64,000 nucleotides of DNA, taken from the NCBI GenBank assembly GCA_965228735.1, contig OZ245838.1:2752001-2816000 (forward strand). Direction: 5' to 3'. A program made the translations under genes and the position numbers. Shown piece by piece: positions 18,578 to 29,213 of the stretch. The stretch's first letter is position 1, and every line of letters begins with the position of its first letter. This DNA comes from Planctomycetota bacterium. GTDB taxonomy: Bacteria; Planctomycetota; UBA1135; UBA2386. The notes beneath the pieces were generated by a model that was not told the origin of the DNA, did not search any database, and was given only the letters and a program-made list of their open reading frames with translations.

Positions 18578-20202
18578 CCAAGTACATCTTCGTGACCGGC
18601 GGCGTCGTCTCGTCGCTCGGCAAGGGCCTGACCTCGGCGGCGATCGGCTGGCTGCTCGAACGCCACGGCCTCAAGGTGTCGATGCAGAAGCTCGACCCCT
18701 ACATCAACGTCGACCCCGGCACGATGTCGCCGTTCCAGCACGGCGAGGTCTACGTGACGGACGACGGCACCGAGGCCGACCTCGACCTCGGTCACTACGA
18801 ACGCTTCACGAGCGCGCGGATCAACAAGGACAGCAACTACACGACGGGCAAGATCTACAAGTCCGTCATCCAGAAGGAGCGCCGCGGCGACTACCTCGGC
18901 AAGACGGTGCAGGTGATCCCCCACATCACCGACGAGATCAAGATGGGGATCCGGGCCGGCGCCGCGCCGAGCGACGGCGAACCCGCGCCCGACGTCGCGA
19001 TCACCGAGATCGGTGGCACCGTCGGCGACATCGAGAGCCTGCCGTTCCTCGAGGCCATCCGTCAGTTCAGCCTCGAGCAGGGGCCGAACGACTGCATGTT
19101 CATCCACCTGACGCTGCTGCCCTACCTGCGCGCGTCGGGCGAGCTCAAGACCAAGCCGACGCAGCAGTCGGTCGGCAAGCTGCGGGAGATCGGCATCCAG
19201 CCCGACGTCCTCGTGTGCCGCACCGAGGTCGCGATGGAGCCGGACATGCCGAAGAAGATCTCGCTCTTCTGCAACGTCCGTCCCGAGGACGTGATCGAGG
19301 AGAAGGACGTCAGCTTCTCGATCTACGAGGTCCCGCTCATGTTGCGCGACTCGGGCCTCGACCGCCGCATCCTGTCGCACCTGTCGATCGAGCCGCGTCA
19401 GGAGGTCGACGTCAGCGACTGGCAACAGCTGCTCGCGACGGTGAAACAACCCGACCACGAGATCGAGATCGCGGTCGCCGGCAAGTACATCGCGCTGCAC
19501 GACGCCTACAAGTCGATCTATGAATCGCTGAGCCACGCGGGCATCGCCAACTCGTGCAAGGTCAACCTGCGCAAGGTCTCGGCCGAGCAGGTGGCCAATG
19601 AAGGCGCCGACGGCCTGCTCGACGGTGTCGACGGCATCCTCGTCCCCGGCGGCTTCGGCGAGCGCGGGTTCGAGGGCAAGATCGCGAGTATCAGCTACGC
19701 CAGGAAGCACAAGATCCCGTTCCTCGGCATCTGCTACGGCATGCAGGCGGCCGTCGTCGAGTTCGCCCGCAACGACCTCGGCATCACCGATGCGACGACG
19801 ACTGAGTACGACAGCAACGCGAGCAACCCCGTGATCTCGCTCATGGAGGAGCAGAAGCAGCGCAGCGATATGGGCGGCACGATGCGACTCGGCGCTTTCG
19901 AGTGCCGGCTCACCCCCGGCACGCACAGCCACCGCGCCTACGGCAAGGACACGATCCACGAACGCCACCGCCACCGTTACGAATTCAACAACGCCTATCG
20001 CGAACAGTTCGAAGCGAAGGGCTTCGTGCTCGCCGGCACCAACCCCAAGCACGGCCTCGCCGAGATCGTCGAGGTGCCGGACCACCCGTGGTTCGTCGGC
20101 GTGCAGTACCACCCCGAGTTCAAGACGCAGCCGCTGCAGGCGCACCCGCTGTTCCGCGACTTCGTGAAGGCCGCGATCGCCTACCAGGGCGAGAACCGGT
20201 AG
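18574..20202 (+). CDS. pyrG: CTP synthase
   Basis: [62 protein letters not shown] overlap with kdsB. Confidence 0.98.
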   Translation: MTKYIFVTGGVVSSLGKGLTSAAIGWLLERHGLKVSMQKLDPYINVDPGTMSPFQHGEVYVTDDGTEADLDLGHYERFTSARINKDSNYTTGKIYKSVIQKERRGDYLGKTVQVIPHITDEIKMGIRAGAAPSDGEPAPDVAITEIGGTVGDIESLPFLEAIRQFSLEQGPNDCMFIHLTLLPYLRASGELKTKPTQQSVGKLREIGIQPDVLVCRTEVAMEPDMPKKISLFCNVRPEDVIEEKDVSFSIYEVPLMLRDSGLDRRILSHLSIEPRQEVDVSDWQQLLATVKQPDHEIEIAVAGKYIALHDAYKSIYESLSHAGIANSCKVNLRKVSAEQVANEGADGLLDGVDGILVPGGFGERGFEGKIASISYARKHKIPFLGICYGMQAAVVEFARNDLGITDATTTEYDSNASNPVISLMEEQKQRSDMGGTMRLGAFECRLTPGTHSHRAYGKDTIHERHRHRYEFNNAYREQFEAKGFVLAGTNPKHGLAEIVEVPDHPWFVGVQYHPEFKTQPLQAHPLFRDFVKAAIAYQGENR

Positions 20203-20216
20203 CAGCAGGAACGCCG

Positions 20217-20840
20217 ATGACCGCGACCTTCTCGTTCCTCGTCGACACCTATCGGACGGAGATCGAGAAGACCCTGTCGGTGTGGACGATGGCCGCGGGG
20301 GGCGGCGCGGATCTGCTGCAACGCCCGCGCGCCGGCGACCGCCGCGGCCGCAACCTGCTCGAGCACATGGTGCACCAGTGCCAGTCCGAGCACGGCTGGT
20401 TCCAGAACATGCTCGGCATCGCGACCGCGGGCGAAGTGTTGCCGACCGACGAGACCGTCGCGGGGTTCGTCGCGACCTACGCGGCCGCTGCGACCGCACG
20501 GCTCTGCGCACTCGAGAGCCAGACCGAGCCGTGGTGGCTCGAGAACGTGAAGTTCTTCGACGTCGAACGCTCACGCGCGTGGGTCCTCGTTCGCCGCATC
20601 GCCCACTCCGCGCACCATCGCGGCCAGCAGACGAGCCTGCTGCGGGCGCAGGGCATCGCGCTCTACTCGACGTATGGCCCCACGGCGGACACCGGCGGAC
20701 TCGGCCCCGACGGCGCGCCCGTGATCTACCGGCACCCGGACACGACCGCGCTGCTGCGCGGCGAGGTGCCAGAGCCATTCCGTGAGCTGCCGCCCGCGAC
20801 CGAGCGGCGCGTCACCGAGCGACCCGACGACGCCGAGTAG
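20217..20840 (+). CDS. DinB family protein
   Basis: His motifs HMVHQCQSE and HSAHHRGQ...YGP. Confidence 0.8.
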   Translation: MTATFSFLVDTYRTEIEKTLSVWTMAAGGGADLLQRPRAGDRRGRNLLEHMVHQCQSEHGWFQNMLGIATAGEVLPTDETVAGFVATYAAAATARLCALESQTEPWWLENVKFFDVERSRAWVLVRRIAHSAHHRGQQTSLLRAQGIALYSTYGPTADTGGLGPDGAPVIYRHPDTTALLRGEVPEPFRELPPATERRVTERPDDAE

Positions 20841-20862
20841 CGCGCCGACCGCGACCGCTCCG

Positions 20863-21981
20863 CTACTTGCCGCCCTTGCGCCAGATGTCGCGGAACGCCT
20901 TGTAGGCCTCGTTCTTCGGATCCAGCTCGAGCGCCTTCTCGATCAGCTCGAACGCCTCCTTGCGCTTCGTGGCGGCATACATCACGCCGGCGTGCCGCGA
21001 GTAGACACCCGCGAGCCAGGCGTTGTCCGGCGTCTTCTTGACCGCCTTCTCCGCGGCTTCGAGCGTCTCCTTCGAGATCTTCACGCCGAGCTTGATGATG
21101 CTCTTGTCGATCTTGTCGAGGTCGTCCTGCCGCTGGTAGATGATGTCCTGCATGCGCTGGCCGAACGACAGCACCTCGTCGTCGGGGATGTCCTTCCACG
21201 CCTTCGACGCGAGCTTCGCGGCCTCCTTGAGGTTGTCGCGGCCGTACTCGATCCGCGCCATCTGGTCGTAGCCGAGGAACTTCACGCGCTTGTTGCGCTG
21301 CTGGGCGAGGAACTTGCGCAGCGGCTCGAGGTCCCAGTCGGTGTTCGCCGTGCCGGGCTTCATCGTCTCCTGGAACAGCTTGAGCAGCATCGCCTCGGCG
21401 ACGTGCTCGTTCCTGCCCTTGGGATCGAGTGCGATCATCGCGTCCACGACCTTCATCGCGCCATCCGCGTCACCGATCGCCCGCAGCTTGGTCACGAGGC
21501 TGGCGCCGCTCTCGAAGTCCTTCGGATCGTCCGCGATCGCCTGGCGCAGCCCCGCGATCGTGCCCTTGCCGCTCGCGACGCGTTCGAGCTCCTGGCGGAA
21601 CTCGTCGGCCGGCGAGTAGCCCTCGATCAGGTCGACGATGTCGCCGTTGGGCTTCACGAAGACGACCGTCGGGACGTTCTGCACGTTGTACTTCTCGAAC
21701 AGCGGCGTGCCGATGTCGGTCTCGGCCTCGGCCCCCATGCACACGTACTTCGAGAGCTCGGCGATGACCGTCGGATCCGCCATCGTGCCGCCGAACATCG
21801 ACGTGCACGCGTTGTGGTCCTTGCGCCAAAAGTAGAGCATGACCATCTCGCCGCGCTCCTTCTCGGCCGCGATGCGCGCGCCGTCGAAGTCGTCGGTCCA
21901 CCACTTGACGCCCTGCGCGGGCAGCGTCGCCGCGGCTGCGAGTAGGAACAGAACGAACGAACGGAGCGGTGTCAGGCGCAT
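20863..21981 (-). CDS. Exported thioredoxin-fold plus TPR protein
   Basis: Signal peptide ...LPAQ; W..DFDGA...A.KE...MLYF, KYNVQNVPTVVF, IEGY (thioredoxin-like); C-terminal ALELDPKN TPR. Confidence 0.75.
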   Translation of the reverse strand: MRLTPLRSFVLFLLAAAATLPAQGVKWWTDDFDGARIAAEKERGEMVMLYFWRKDHNACTSMFGGTMADPTVIAELSKYVCMGAEAETDIGTPLFEKYNVQNVPTVVFVKPNGDIVDLIEGYSPADEFRQELERVASGKGTIAGLRQAIADDPKDFESGASLVTKLRAIGDADGAMKVVDAMIALDPKGRNEHVAEAMLLKLFQETMKPGTANTDWDLEPLRKFLAQQRNKRVKFLGYDQMARIEYGRDNLKEAAKLASKAWKDIPDDEVLSFGQRMQDIIYQRQDDLDKIDKSIIKLGVKISKETLEAAEKAVKKTPDNAWLAGVYSRHAGVMYAATKRKEAFELIEKALELDPKNEAYKAFRDIWRKGGK

Positions 21982-22101
21982 GGCGACAGTCGGAGGCGAT
22001 GGTCGGGAGCGATATTCGGATTGGGGGCGGCGAACGGCCGTGGGACGGACATCGTAAAGGGCCGGCTGATCGCGGGCCAGCGTCCGCGCTACGATGGCCG
22101 C

Positions 22102-23889
22102 ATGAGAACGGCTGCGCTCTTGCCTTTCGTTGCAGCGGTGACCCTGGCCGCGCTCGCGGTGGCCCAGGGGCCGGATCGGGAACCCGGTCAGGACCCCGGC
22201 GCGCCCCCGCCGCTCGCCCGGCTGACCGGCGTCGTGCTCGACTCGCACTCGCAGCCGGTGCCGGCCGCGCTCGTGACTGCGGAGCAAGACGGGGCCGTCG
22301 TGCGCCAGACGCGCACCGACGCGACGGGGCTCTTCGTGCTCACGAACCTGCCGCGCGAGGGCCTCGTGGTGCGCGCCACCACGACGGGGAAGGCGCCACT
22401 CGTGGGCGCCCAACGGCTGCAGGCGATCGATCTGCGCGCCGGCACGGTCGAGATCCGCACGATGCCGGCCCGCCGGGTCACGGGCGTATTGCGTGGTCCG
22501 GACGGCCAGCCGCTCGCGGGCGCCTGGGTCGCGCTGTCTCCCACGGGCTTCGCCGCGCTCGGAGCGCTCGCCTCGGCGACGACTACGGACGAACGCGGAG
22601 CCTTCGGGTTCGAACTCGCCGCCTGCGGGCCGCTCGCGCTCCGCGCGTGGGCTAGAGGCTGCGCGGGCTTCGCGCAGACGATTCCGACCGGCACCGAGCC
22701 CGTCGAGCTCGAGTGCAGCATGCCGGATACGACGATCGTCGAACACACCTTCCGTCTCGATGATGCGGCGGTCGCGCGCGCGCACCGCTTCGAGTTCGGG
22801 GTGCGGGCAGTCGCGGGCGGCTCGGAGATACTGATGCCGGAAGCCGCGGTGACGGCCGCCGTCGAGAACGGTCGCTGGCTGGTGCGCGGTTGGCCCAGAG
22901 CGGACTCGATGCAGGCGGCGCTGCGCTCGCCCACGATCGCGACCGAGCCGATGTGGCAGGAGATCGTCGCCGACTCCGGCGACCGCACGAAGACGTTCTA
23001 CCACCAGGTCGGCGACAGCGGCTTCATCCGCGGCAAGCTGCGCGGCGAGGACGGCGTCGCGCTCGGCGGTCAACAGCTCGCGGTGCGGGGCTGGTTCAAG
23101 GGCCAGGAGCGCAGGACGTACGGCACGTCGGCCGCGGACGGCTCGTTCCGCCTGATGGCCCCGGTCGGCGACGGCGACGGCTTCGTGATCGAATGCCTGG
23201 ACGACGGCTACGTTCTCGTCGACGACTCGGAGCCGCGCGGTCTGCGCGTCGCCGGCCTGCAGCATCGGAGCTATCTCAGACGCAAGCACCGCGAGGGCGC
23301 CGATCACGATCTCCTGCTGACCCGTGCGGCCACGATCACGGCAACGATCCTGACGAGCTCGGGTGAGCCCTTTGCCGGTGCGAGAGTCGACATTCAACTC
23401 GTGCCGCCGAACAAGATGATGCGGGTGCTCGGTCGCCGGCGGGGCGGCGCGATGGTCGAGGTCAGCCCATGGGCGATCCATCGACGGGCGGATCCTCGCG
23501 GCGACTTGCGGGTAGCGGGCATCGATCTCGAAGCCAACAGCGAGTTCGGCCTGCAGATCGGTGGCCACCGCGGGTGGGCCGAAGTCCTCGTGCCGGTCGC
23601 CAGCGACCGCGTCGACGTCGGCGAGATCCACTGCGAAGCAGGTGCGACCCTGCAAGGCGTCGTGTTCTCGTCCACCGGCTGGCCGGCGCCCGGCGCCACC
23701 GTGCGCGTGATCACGTTCCGCGGCGTCGAGCGGGTTCACATCCTCCATACCGACCGCGCCGGCCGTTTCACCCTCACCGGCCTGCCGCCCGGAACGTGCG
23801 ACGTTGCGCTCCTGACCACCGACGGGGACCATCGCGGCCAGGCTCTGAAGCTCCCGGAATCCGGCACGGCGACCGTCGAGCTCCGCTGA
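22102..23889 (+). CDS. Secreted protein with carboxypeptidase-regulatory-like (transthyretin-like) repeats, paralog 1
   Basis: Signal peptide; repeated G.V....G.P+.GA.V...TD..G.F motifs. Confidence 0.75.
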   Translation: MRTAALLPFVAAVTLAALAVAQGPDREPGQDPGAPPPLARLTGVVLDSHSQPVPAALVTAEQDGAVVRQTRTDATGLFVLTNLPREGLVVRATTTGKAPLVGAQRLQAIDLRAGTVEIRTMPARRVTGVLRGPDGQPLAGAWVALSPTGFAALGALASATTTDERGAFGFELAACGPLALRAWARGCAGFAQTIPTGTEPVELECSMPDTTIVEHTFRLDDAAVARAHRFEFGVRAVAGGSEILMPEAAVTAAVENGRWLVRGWPRADSMQAALRSPTIATEPMWQEIVADSGDRTKTFYHQVGDSGFIRGKLRGEDGVALGGQQLAVRGWFKGQERRTYGTSAADGSFRLMAPVGDGDGFVIECLDDGYVLVDDSEPRGLRVAGLQHRSYLRRKHREGADHDLLLTRAATITATILTSSGEPFAGARVDIQLVPPNKMMRVLGRRRGGAMVEVSPWAIHRRADPRGDLRVAGIDLEANSEFGLQIGGHRGWAEVLVPVASDRVDVGEIHCEAGATLQGVVFSSTGWPAPGATVRVITFRGVERVHILHTDRAGRFTLTGLPPGTCDVALLTTDGDHRGQALKLPESGTATVELR

Positions 23890-23925
23890 CCAACCTCTCG
23901 CCAACGACCAAGCAAGGACAAGACC

Positions 23926-24396
23926 ATGGACATGCCCCGCCCGACCGACGCCCACCAGAAACTCGAACGCCTCGCCGGCACCTGGACCGGCGAAGAGAAC
24001 ATGCACCCGTCCGAGTGGCTCCCCGACGGCGGCAAGGCTCAGGGCGTCACGACGAGCCGGAAGGCCCTCGCGGGCTTCTCCGTCGTCACCGACTACGAGC
24101 AGTCGATGGGCGGCAACGTCACGTTCCAGGGCCACGGCATCTACACGATCGACCAGCAGACGCAGGACGTCGTGCTGCACTGGTTCGACAGCCTCGGCGG
24201 CGGCCACGAGGAGTTCCGCGGCAACTGGACGAGCGCGGACCAGCTCGTGCTGCGGAGCAAGAGCCCGATGATGGGTCACATGCGCATGACGACCGACTTC
24301 CGCACGGATGGGACGATGGGGTCGAAGATGGAGAACTCGCAGGACGGCGAGACCTGGCGCACGATGTTCGACGCGGTCTACACCAACGAGGCGTGA
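23926..24396 (+). CDS. DUF1579-like protein
   Basis: PTDAHQKLERLAGTWTG...F.GHGI...WFDS.G; AAGGA RBS. Confidence 0.7.
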   Translation: MDMPRPTDAHQKLERLAGTWTGEENMHPSEWLPDGGKAQGVTTSRKALAGFSVVTDYEQSMGGNVTFQGHGIYTIDQQTQDVVLHWFDSLGGGHEEFRGNWTSADQLVLRSKSPMMGHMRMTTDFRTDGTMGSKMENSQDGETWRTMFDAVYTNEA

Positions 24397-25865
24397 TGCG
24401 AAGCGCTGCCGCTGCGCTGTCGATGGCCACTGTCCTGGCGCACACGGCAACCGGGCAGGCCCCGATCGCAAGACTCAGCGGCGTCGTGCTCGACCCGCAC
24501 AGCGAACCCGTGATCGCCGGCCGGGTGACCGTCGAGGTCGACGGGGCCGTGCTCAGCCAGGCGTTCACGGACGCCACGGGGCGCTTCGTCGTGAAGGATG
24601 TCCCGCGAGAGGGCGCCGTCGTGCGCGTGACGACGCGGGAGCCGACCGTCGGCGCGACGTTCGTCGACCGGGAGGTGCAATGGGCGGGCATGGTCCAGAT
24701 CCAGACGATGCCGGCGCGCCAACTCACGGGCCGCGTCGAGGCCGACGGCGAGCCGGTCCCCGGCGCCTGGGTCGCAGCCTCGCCGTTCGGCCCGACGATG
24801 CTCGGCGCGCTCGCGGTCGCGACCACGACGCGAGCCGACGGCACGTTCGAGCTGCCGTGCGTGCCGTGCCGAGCAATCACGGTGCGCGCCTGGACGAAGG
24901 GTCGCTACGGGCTCGAGACCGCGGTCGACGCGAGTTCGGCCAAGGCCTCGGAGCTCGTCTGCGAGCTGCCGTATCCGGCCGAGGTCGAGCACACGGTCGA
25001 AATCGTCGGCGCCGACGCGGACGCACTCAACGACGCCCGCCTCACGGTGGTCGCGAGCCACGCCGGCCCGCGTGTACTGCTGCCGCCCGAACTAGCCCAG
25101 CCGCGACCCGAGGCACCCGGCCGTTGGCGCCTGTGCGGCTGGCCGCTGTCGGATGACCTCGAGCTCCGGGTCGAGTCGACTACGATGCCGAACGGCCGGG
25201 CCACGCAACGAATCGAGCCGTTCCATGCCGGCAGGCGTTGGACCTTCGATGCCGCCAGCGATTCACCAGCGACGCCGCATCGCCCTCCCGAGTACGACAC
25301 CGATACCCCACTCCCGACGCCGATCCATGCGACGATCTCGAGTGTCAAGGGCGATCCGGTCGTGGGGGCGACCGTCATCGCCGTCCCACTCGACCGTCCC
25401 GAGCAAACAGCACGGCAACGGCTCCGCAGTTACCGGCGCAATCGCCGACTCATCGGAACCACGAACCTCCGCGGCGAGCTCGTGATCCAACCGTTCTACC
25501 CGGGCGAGACCGAGTACGTGCTGCATATCAGCAGCCCTGCCGGCTGGGCGGAGGAACCGTTTCGAAAGAACGGCGACGAGGTGATCGACCTCGGCGTGCT
25601 TCGCTGCCGCGCGGGCGCGACGTTACGCGGCGTCGTCCGGAACCACACCGGCGCTGTGCGCCCCGCCGCCCTGCTGCGCATCTCGACCTTTGAACCGACA
25701 CCTCGCGATCGATTCGTGATGACGGATCGCGAAGGCCGCTTCTCGGTGACGGGGCTGCCGCCGGGTGAAACAGTGGTCACCCACCTCGCGGGCTCATACG
25801 AGCTGGAGTCGAACCCCGTCCAACTGCCGAAGTCGGGCGCGGTCGACGTGACCCTCGACCGCTGA
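24396..25865 (+). CDS. Secreted protein with carboxypeptidase-regulatory-like repeats, paralog 2
   Basis: TGATG coupling to the upstream gene; collinear similarity with 22102-23889. Confidence 0.72.
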   Translation: MRSAAAALSMATVLAHTATGQAPIARLSGVVLDPHSEPVIAGRVTVEVDGAVLSQAFTDATGRFVVKDVPREGAVVRVTTREPTVGATFVDREVQWAGMVQIQTMPARQLTGRVEADGEPVPGAWVAASPFGPTMLGALAVATTTRADGTFELPCVPCRAITVRAWTKGRYGLETAVDASSAKASELVCELPYPAEVEHTVEIVGADADALNDARLTVVASHAGPRVLLPPELAQPRPEAPGRWRLCGWPLSDDLELRVESTTMPNGRATQRIEPFHAGRRWTFDAASDSPATPHRPPEYDTDTPLPTPIHATISSVKGDPVVGATVIAVPLDRPEQTARQRLRSYRRNRRLIGTTNLRGELVIQPFYPGETEYVLHISSPAGWAEEPFRKNGDEVIDLGVLRCRAGATLRGVVRNHTGAVRPAALLRISTFEPTPRDRFVMTDREGRFSVTGLPPGETVVTHLAGSYELESNPVQLPKSGAVDVTLDR

Positions 25866-25868
25866 CCG

Positions 25869-27116
25869 TCACTCCTGCCAGTGGCGCAGGGCGAAGTCGA
25901 GGTACTGCTGCCAGTCGTAGGCCGTGATGTTGTGGCTCCCGACGCGCACGTGGTAGCCGACGTGATCGCCGACCGGCGTGTTTGCCGCGGGCCATGCCTG
26001 CACACCGAGCGCCTCGAGACCGTAGGCCTCCCACGCGGGTGCGGCGTGCACGCACGCCAGGAACTCGCCCTCCGGATCCGCCCAGGTGTCGCGGCTCGCG
26101 CTGCCGACGTAGACCGCCCGCGGTGCCGACAGCGCGATGAGCATGTGCTGATCGACCGGGCAGGTCGTCGGGTCGTTCGCGTAGCGTCGATACGTCGGCG
26201 TGAACCAGTGCGGGAACCGCGACGTGATCGCGGCCGTGGTCTCACCGACCGGCCGCCGCATGAGGGCGGCGCCGCCCTCGCCCGAGTTGTTGGAGACGAC
26301 GACGTCGAAGCGGGGATCCAGCGCGCCGGCCCAGAGCGCCGTCTTGCCGAGCCGGGAATGGCCGAGCACCGCGAGGCGCTTCGCATCGACCGTGACCTCG
26401 CGTTCGAGGTAGTCGGCGATGAGGCGGAGACCCTGCGCCCATGCCGCGATCGCCCCCCACTGCCCGGGCCGCCACTCGGTCGCCGCCCCCCGCGGTGAGG
26501 CCGCACCGCGCAGTCCGACGCGGAAGCCATCGGGCCGATCCGGCTCGATGTCCTCGTACCACGCCGTCGCCACGGCAATGCCGCGCTGCATCGCGAGCGC
26601 GAGCGGCCACCGCGCCACGCGGTGGCCGCGGGCGTGCTCGTTGCCGTCCGGGATCGGCACGGCCGGATCGTCGACGAGGGTGTGGTTGCCGCGGAAGTTG
26701 AGGCCGACGACGCACGGCACGGGCCAGTCCGCGCCGTTCGGCACGTGGACCATGAGCTCGAACCCGTCCCACTTCGGCACGGCTGGCAGCGTGACCCGAA
26801 CGCGCACGCGCGTCGCGACGCCATCGAGCGCCTTCGGTTCGGTGTGCAGCACCTCGAACGCCGGTTCGCCGAGGCCCGGCGGCACGCGGCCGTAGACGTG
26901 GTGTTCGAACAACCCGCGGATCTCGTCGCGGCGCGTCGCCTCCCAGTTCGCCTTGGACCGCACGCCCAACGGCGGCAGCCCGAGCAGGTCGACCGGCGCC
27001 GTCGCCTCTGCCTTCGCCGGGGGCGGCACGGGCTTGCCGCGCGGCGACACGCGCGCGCTGCTGCAGCCAACGGCGACGGCAACGAACACCGCGAACAGGA
27101 GAACGATGGCGCGCAT
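25869..27116 (-). CDS. CE15 family glucuronoyl esterase-like lipoprotein
   Basis: Lipobox AVGC; WGAIAAWA, GHSRLGKTALWAGA, SGEGGAA, FPHWF, PVDQH, WADPEGE, G.H. Confidence 0.85.
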   Translation of the reverse strand: MRAIVLLFAVFVAVAVGCSSARVSPRGKPVPPPAKAEATAPVDLLGLPPLGVRSKANWEATRRDEIRGLFEHHVYGRVPPGLGEPAFEVLHTEPKALDGVATRVRVRVTLPAVPKWDGFELMVHVPNGADWPVPCVVGLNFRGNHTLVDDPAVPIPDGNEHARGHRVARWPLALAMQRGIAVATAWYEDIEPDRPDGFRVGLRGAASPRGAATEWRPGQWGAIAAWAQGLRLIADYLEREVTVDAKRLAVLGHSRLGKTALWAGALDPRFDVVVSNNSGEGGAALMRRPVGETTAAITSRFPHWFTPTYRRYANDPTTCPVDQHMLIALSAPRAVYVGSASRDTWADPEGEFLACVHAAPAWEAYGLEALGVQAWPAANTPVGDHVGYHVRVGSHNITAYDWQQYLDFALRHWQE

Positions 27117-27219
27117 GGCCGCAGGATCGGGCGCCGACCCGAGGCAGTCAAACCGCAGGCGCCCGATTGCCGGGGGATTTGCTGCGCGGCCTCGGACCCG
27201 AACCTATCCTCCCGCGGGC

Positions 27220-27798
27220 ATGCGCACGCTGCTCGGAGTCTCACGCGGCATCGATCGCCTGAACCGCGGGCTCGGGCGCGCCGTCGCGTGGCTGCTGCTC
27301 GTCATGGTCGCGATCGGCGCCTACAACGCGATCGCGCGCTGGTCGGAGAAGTACACGGGCGTGCCACTGTCGTCCAACGCGTGGCTCGAGCTGCAGTGGT
27401 ACCTGTTCAGCCTGGTCTTCCTGCTCGGCGCGCCATGGGCGCTGCGGCGCGGTGATCACGTCCGCGTCGACGTGATCTACGGCGGGCTGCCCGAACGCGG
27501 GCGCTGGTGGATCGACCTGTTCGGCACGCTGATCTTCCTGATCCCGTTCTGCATCTTCGCGGTCTGGATCAGCATCGACTTCGTCGCCGACTCGTGGGCC
27601 GAGGGCGAGATGTCGAACGACCCCGGCGGGCTGCCGCGCTGGCCGCTGAAGCCGGTCGTGCCGATCGCGTTCCTGCTGATCCTGCTGCAGGGCGTCTCCG
27701 AATTGTGCAAGCGCGTCGCCCTGCTGCGCGGCGCGACGCCCACCGAGGCCGGCCTCGTCGAGCCGGACGACAGCCGGGAGCCCGAGGAGGTCGCGTGA
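27220..27798 (+). CDS. dctQ: TRAP transporter small permease subunit
   Basis: ELQWYLFS, HVRVDVIY, SNDPGGLPRWPLK. Confidence 0.9.
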   Translation: MRTLLGVSRGIDRLNRGLGRAVAWLLLVMVAIGAYNAIARWSEKYTGVPLSSNAWLELQWYLFSLVFLLGAPWALRRGDHVRVDVIYGGLPERGRWWIDLFGTLIFLIPFCIFAVWISIDFVADSWAEGEMSNDPGGLPRWPLKPVVPIAFLLILLQGVSELCKRVALLRGATPTEAGLVEPDDSREPEEVA

Positions 27799-29129
27799 TG
27801 CACGAACCGCTCGGCCCCTTGATGTTCGTCGTCGTATTCCTGCTGATCTTCGTCGGCTACCCGGTCGCGTTCGCGCTCGGCGGCACGGCGCTGATCTTCG
27901 GCCTGCTCGGCATCGCGGCGGAGCGGTTCGGCATCGACTACCTGCAGCTGTTCCCCGAACGCGTGTTCGGGGTCATGAGCAACCAGATCCTGCTCGCGAT
28001 CCCGTTCTTCATCTTCATGGGAACGATGCTCGAACGGTCGCGGCTGGCAGAGGACCTGCTGCGAACGATCGGGCTCGTCTTCGGGCCCGTGCGCGGCGGA
28101 CTCGCGCTCGCCGTAGTGTTCGTCGGCGCGCTGCTCGCAGCGGCGACGGGCGTCGTCGGCGCATCCGTCGTCGCGATGGGCATGATCTCGCTGCCGATCA
28201 TGCAGCGCTATGGCTACGGCAAGGAGCTGTCCACGGGCGTGATCTGCGCCGCCGGCACGCTCGGCCAGATCATTCCGCCGAGCGTCGTGCTCGTCGTGCT
28301 CGCGGATCAGCTCGGCGAGAGCCTCGGCGACCTGTTCCGCGGCGCGCTGCTGCCCGGTCTCATGCTCGCCGGCCTCTACGCGCTCTACGTCGTCTGGCTC
28401 GCATGGCGCCATCCCGAACGCACGCCGGCGATCCCGGCACGAGAGCGCGAACGCGTCCCCCACCTCGGCCGCGAGGTCATCAAGGTCATGCTCCCGCCGC
28501 TGCTGCTGATCGTCGTCGTCCTCGGCAGCATCTTCGCCGGCATCGCGACGCCGAGCGAAGCTGGCGCGCTGGGTGCGGTCGGCGCGATGATCCTCGCGGC
28601 GTCGACGAAGCGGCTCGACCGCGCGTGCCTGCGTGACACGGCGCAGTCGACGCTGCGCATCTGCAGCATGGTCATGTTCCTGCTGATCGGCTCGACGGCG
28701 TTCGCGATGGTGTTCCGCGGCCTGCACGGCGACGTCTGGATCGAGGAGCTGCTGACCAATCTGCCCGGTGGCGAGGTCGGCCTGCTCGTCGTCGCCAACC
28801 TCGCGATCTTCGTCCTCGGCTTCTTCATCGACTTCTTCGAGATCGCGTTCATCCTGCTGCCGCTGCTCGCGCCGGCCGCGCGCGCGCTCGGCATCGAGAA
28901 CGAACGGATGATCTGGTTCGGCGTGATGATCGCGATCAACCTGCAGACGAGCTTCCTCACGCCGCCGTTCGGGTTCTCGCTGTTCTATCTGCGCGGCGTC
29001 GCGCCGAGCTCGATCCCGACGAGCGCGATCTACCGCGGCGCAATCCCGTTCATCGCGATCCAGCTCGTCGGCCTCGGGCTCGTGATCGCGTTCCCGGAGC
29101 TCGTAACGGCGCTGCTCGAACCACGTTGA
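27798..29129 (+). CDS. dctM: TRAP transporter large permease subunit
   Basis: GYPVAFALGG, LLAIPFFIFMG, GTLGQIIPPS, QTSFLTPPFGFSLFYLRG; TGATG coupling. Confidence 0.93.
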   Translation: MHEPLGPLMFVVVFLLIFVGYPVAFALGGTALIFGLLGIAAERFGIDYLQLFPERVFGVMSNQILLAIPFFIFMGTMLERSRLAEDLLRTIGLVFGPVRGGLALAVVFVGALLAAATGVVGASVVAMGMISLPIMQRYGYGKELSTGVICAAGTLGQIIPPSVVLVVLADQLGESLGDLFRGALLPGLMLAGLYALYVVWLAWRHPERTPAIPARERERVPHLGREVIKVMLPPLLLIVVVLGSIFAGIATPSEAGALGAVGAMILAASTKRLDRACLRDTAQSTLRICSMVMFLLIGSTAFAMVFRGLHGDVWIEELLTNLPGGEVGLLVVANLAIFVLGFFIDFFEIAFILLPLLAPAARALGIENERMIWFGVMIAINLQTSFLTPPFGFSLFYLRGVAPSSIPTSAIYRGAIPFIAIQLVGLGLVIAFPELVTALLEPR

Positions 29130-29213
29130 GCGAACGGGCCCGAGCCCGCGAGGCACCGGAGCCAGCGGGGCCCCCTGCACCTGCCGGCCGGACCCGTTAC
29201 ATTCCGTACCGTC

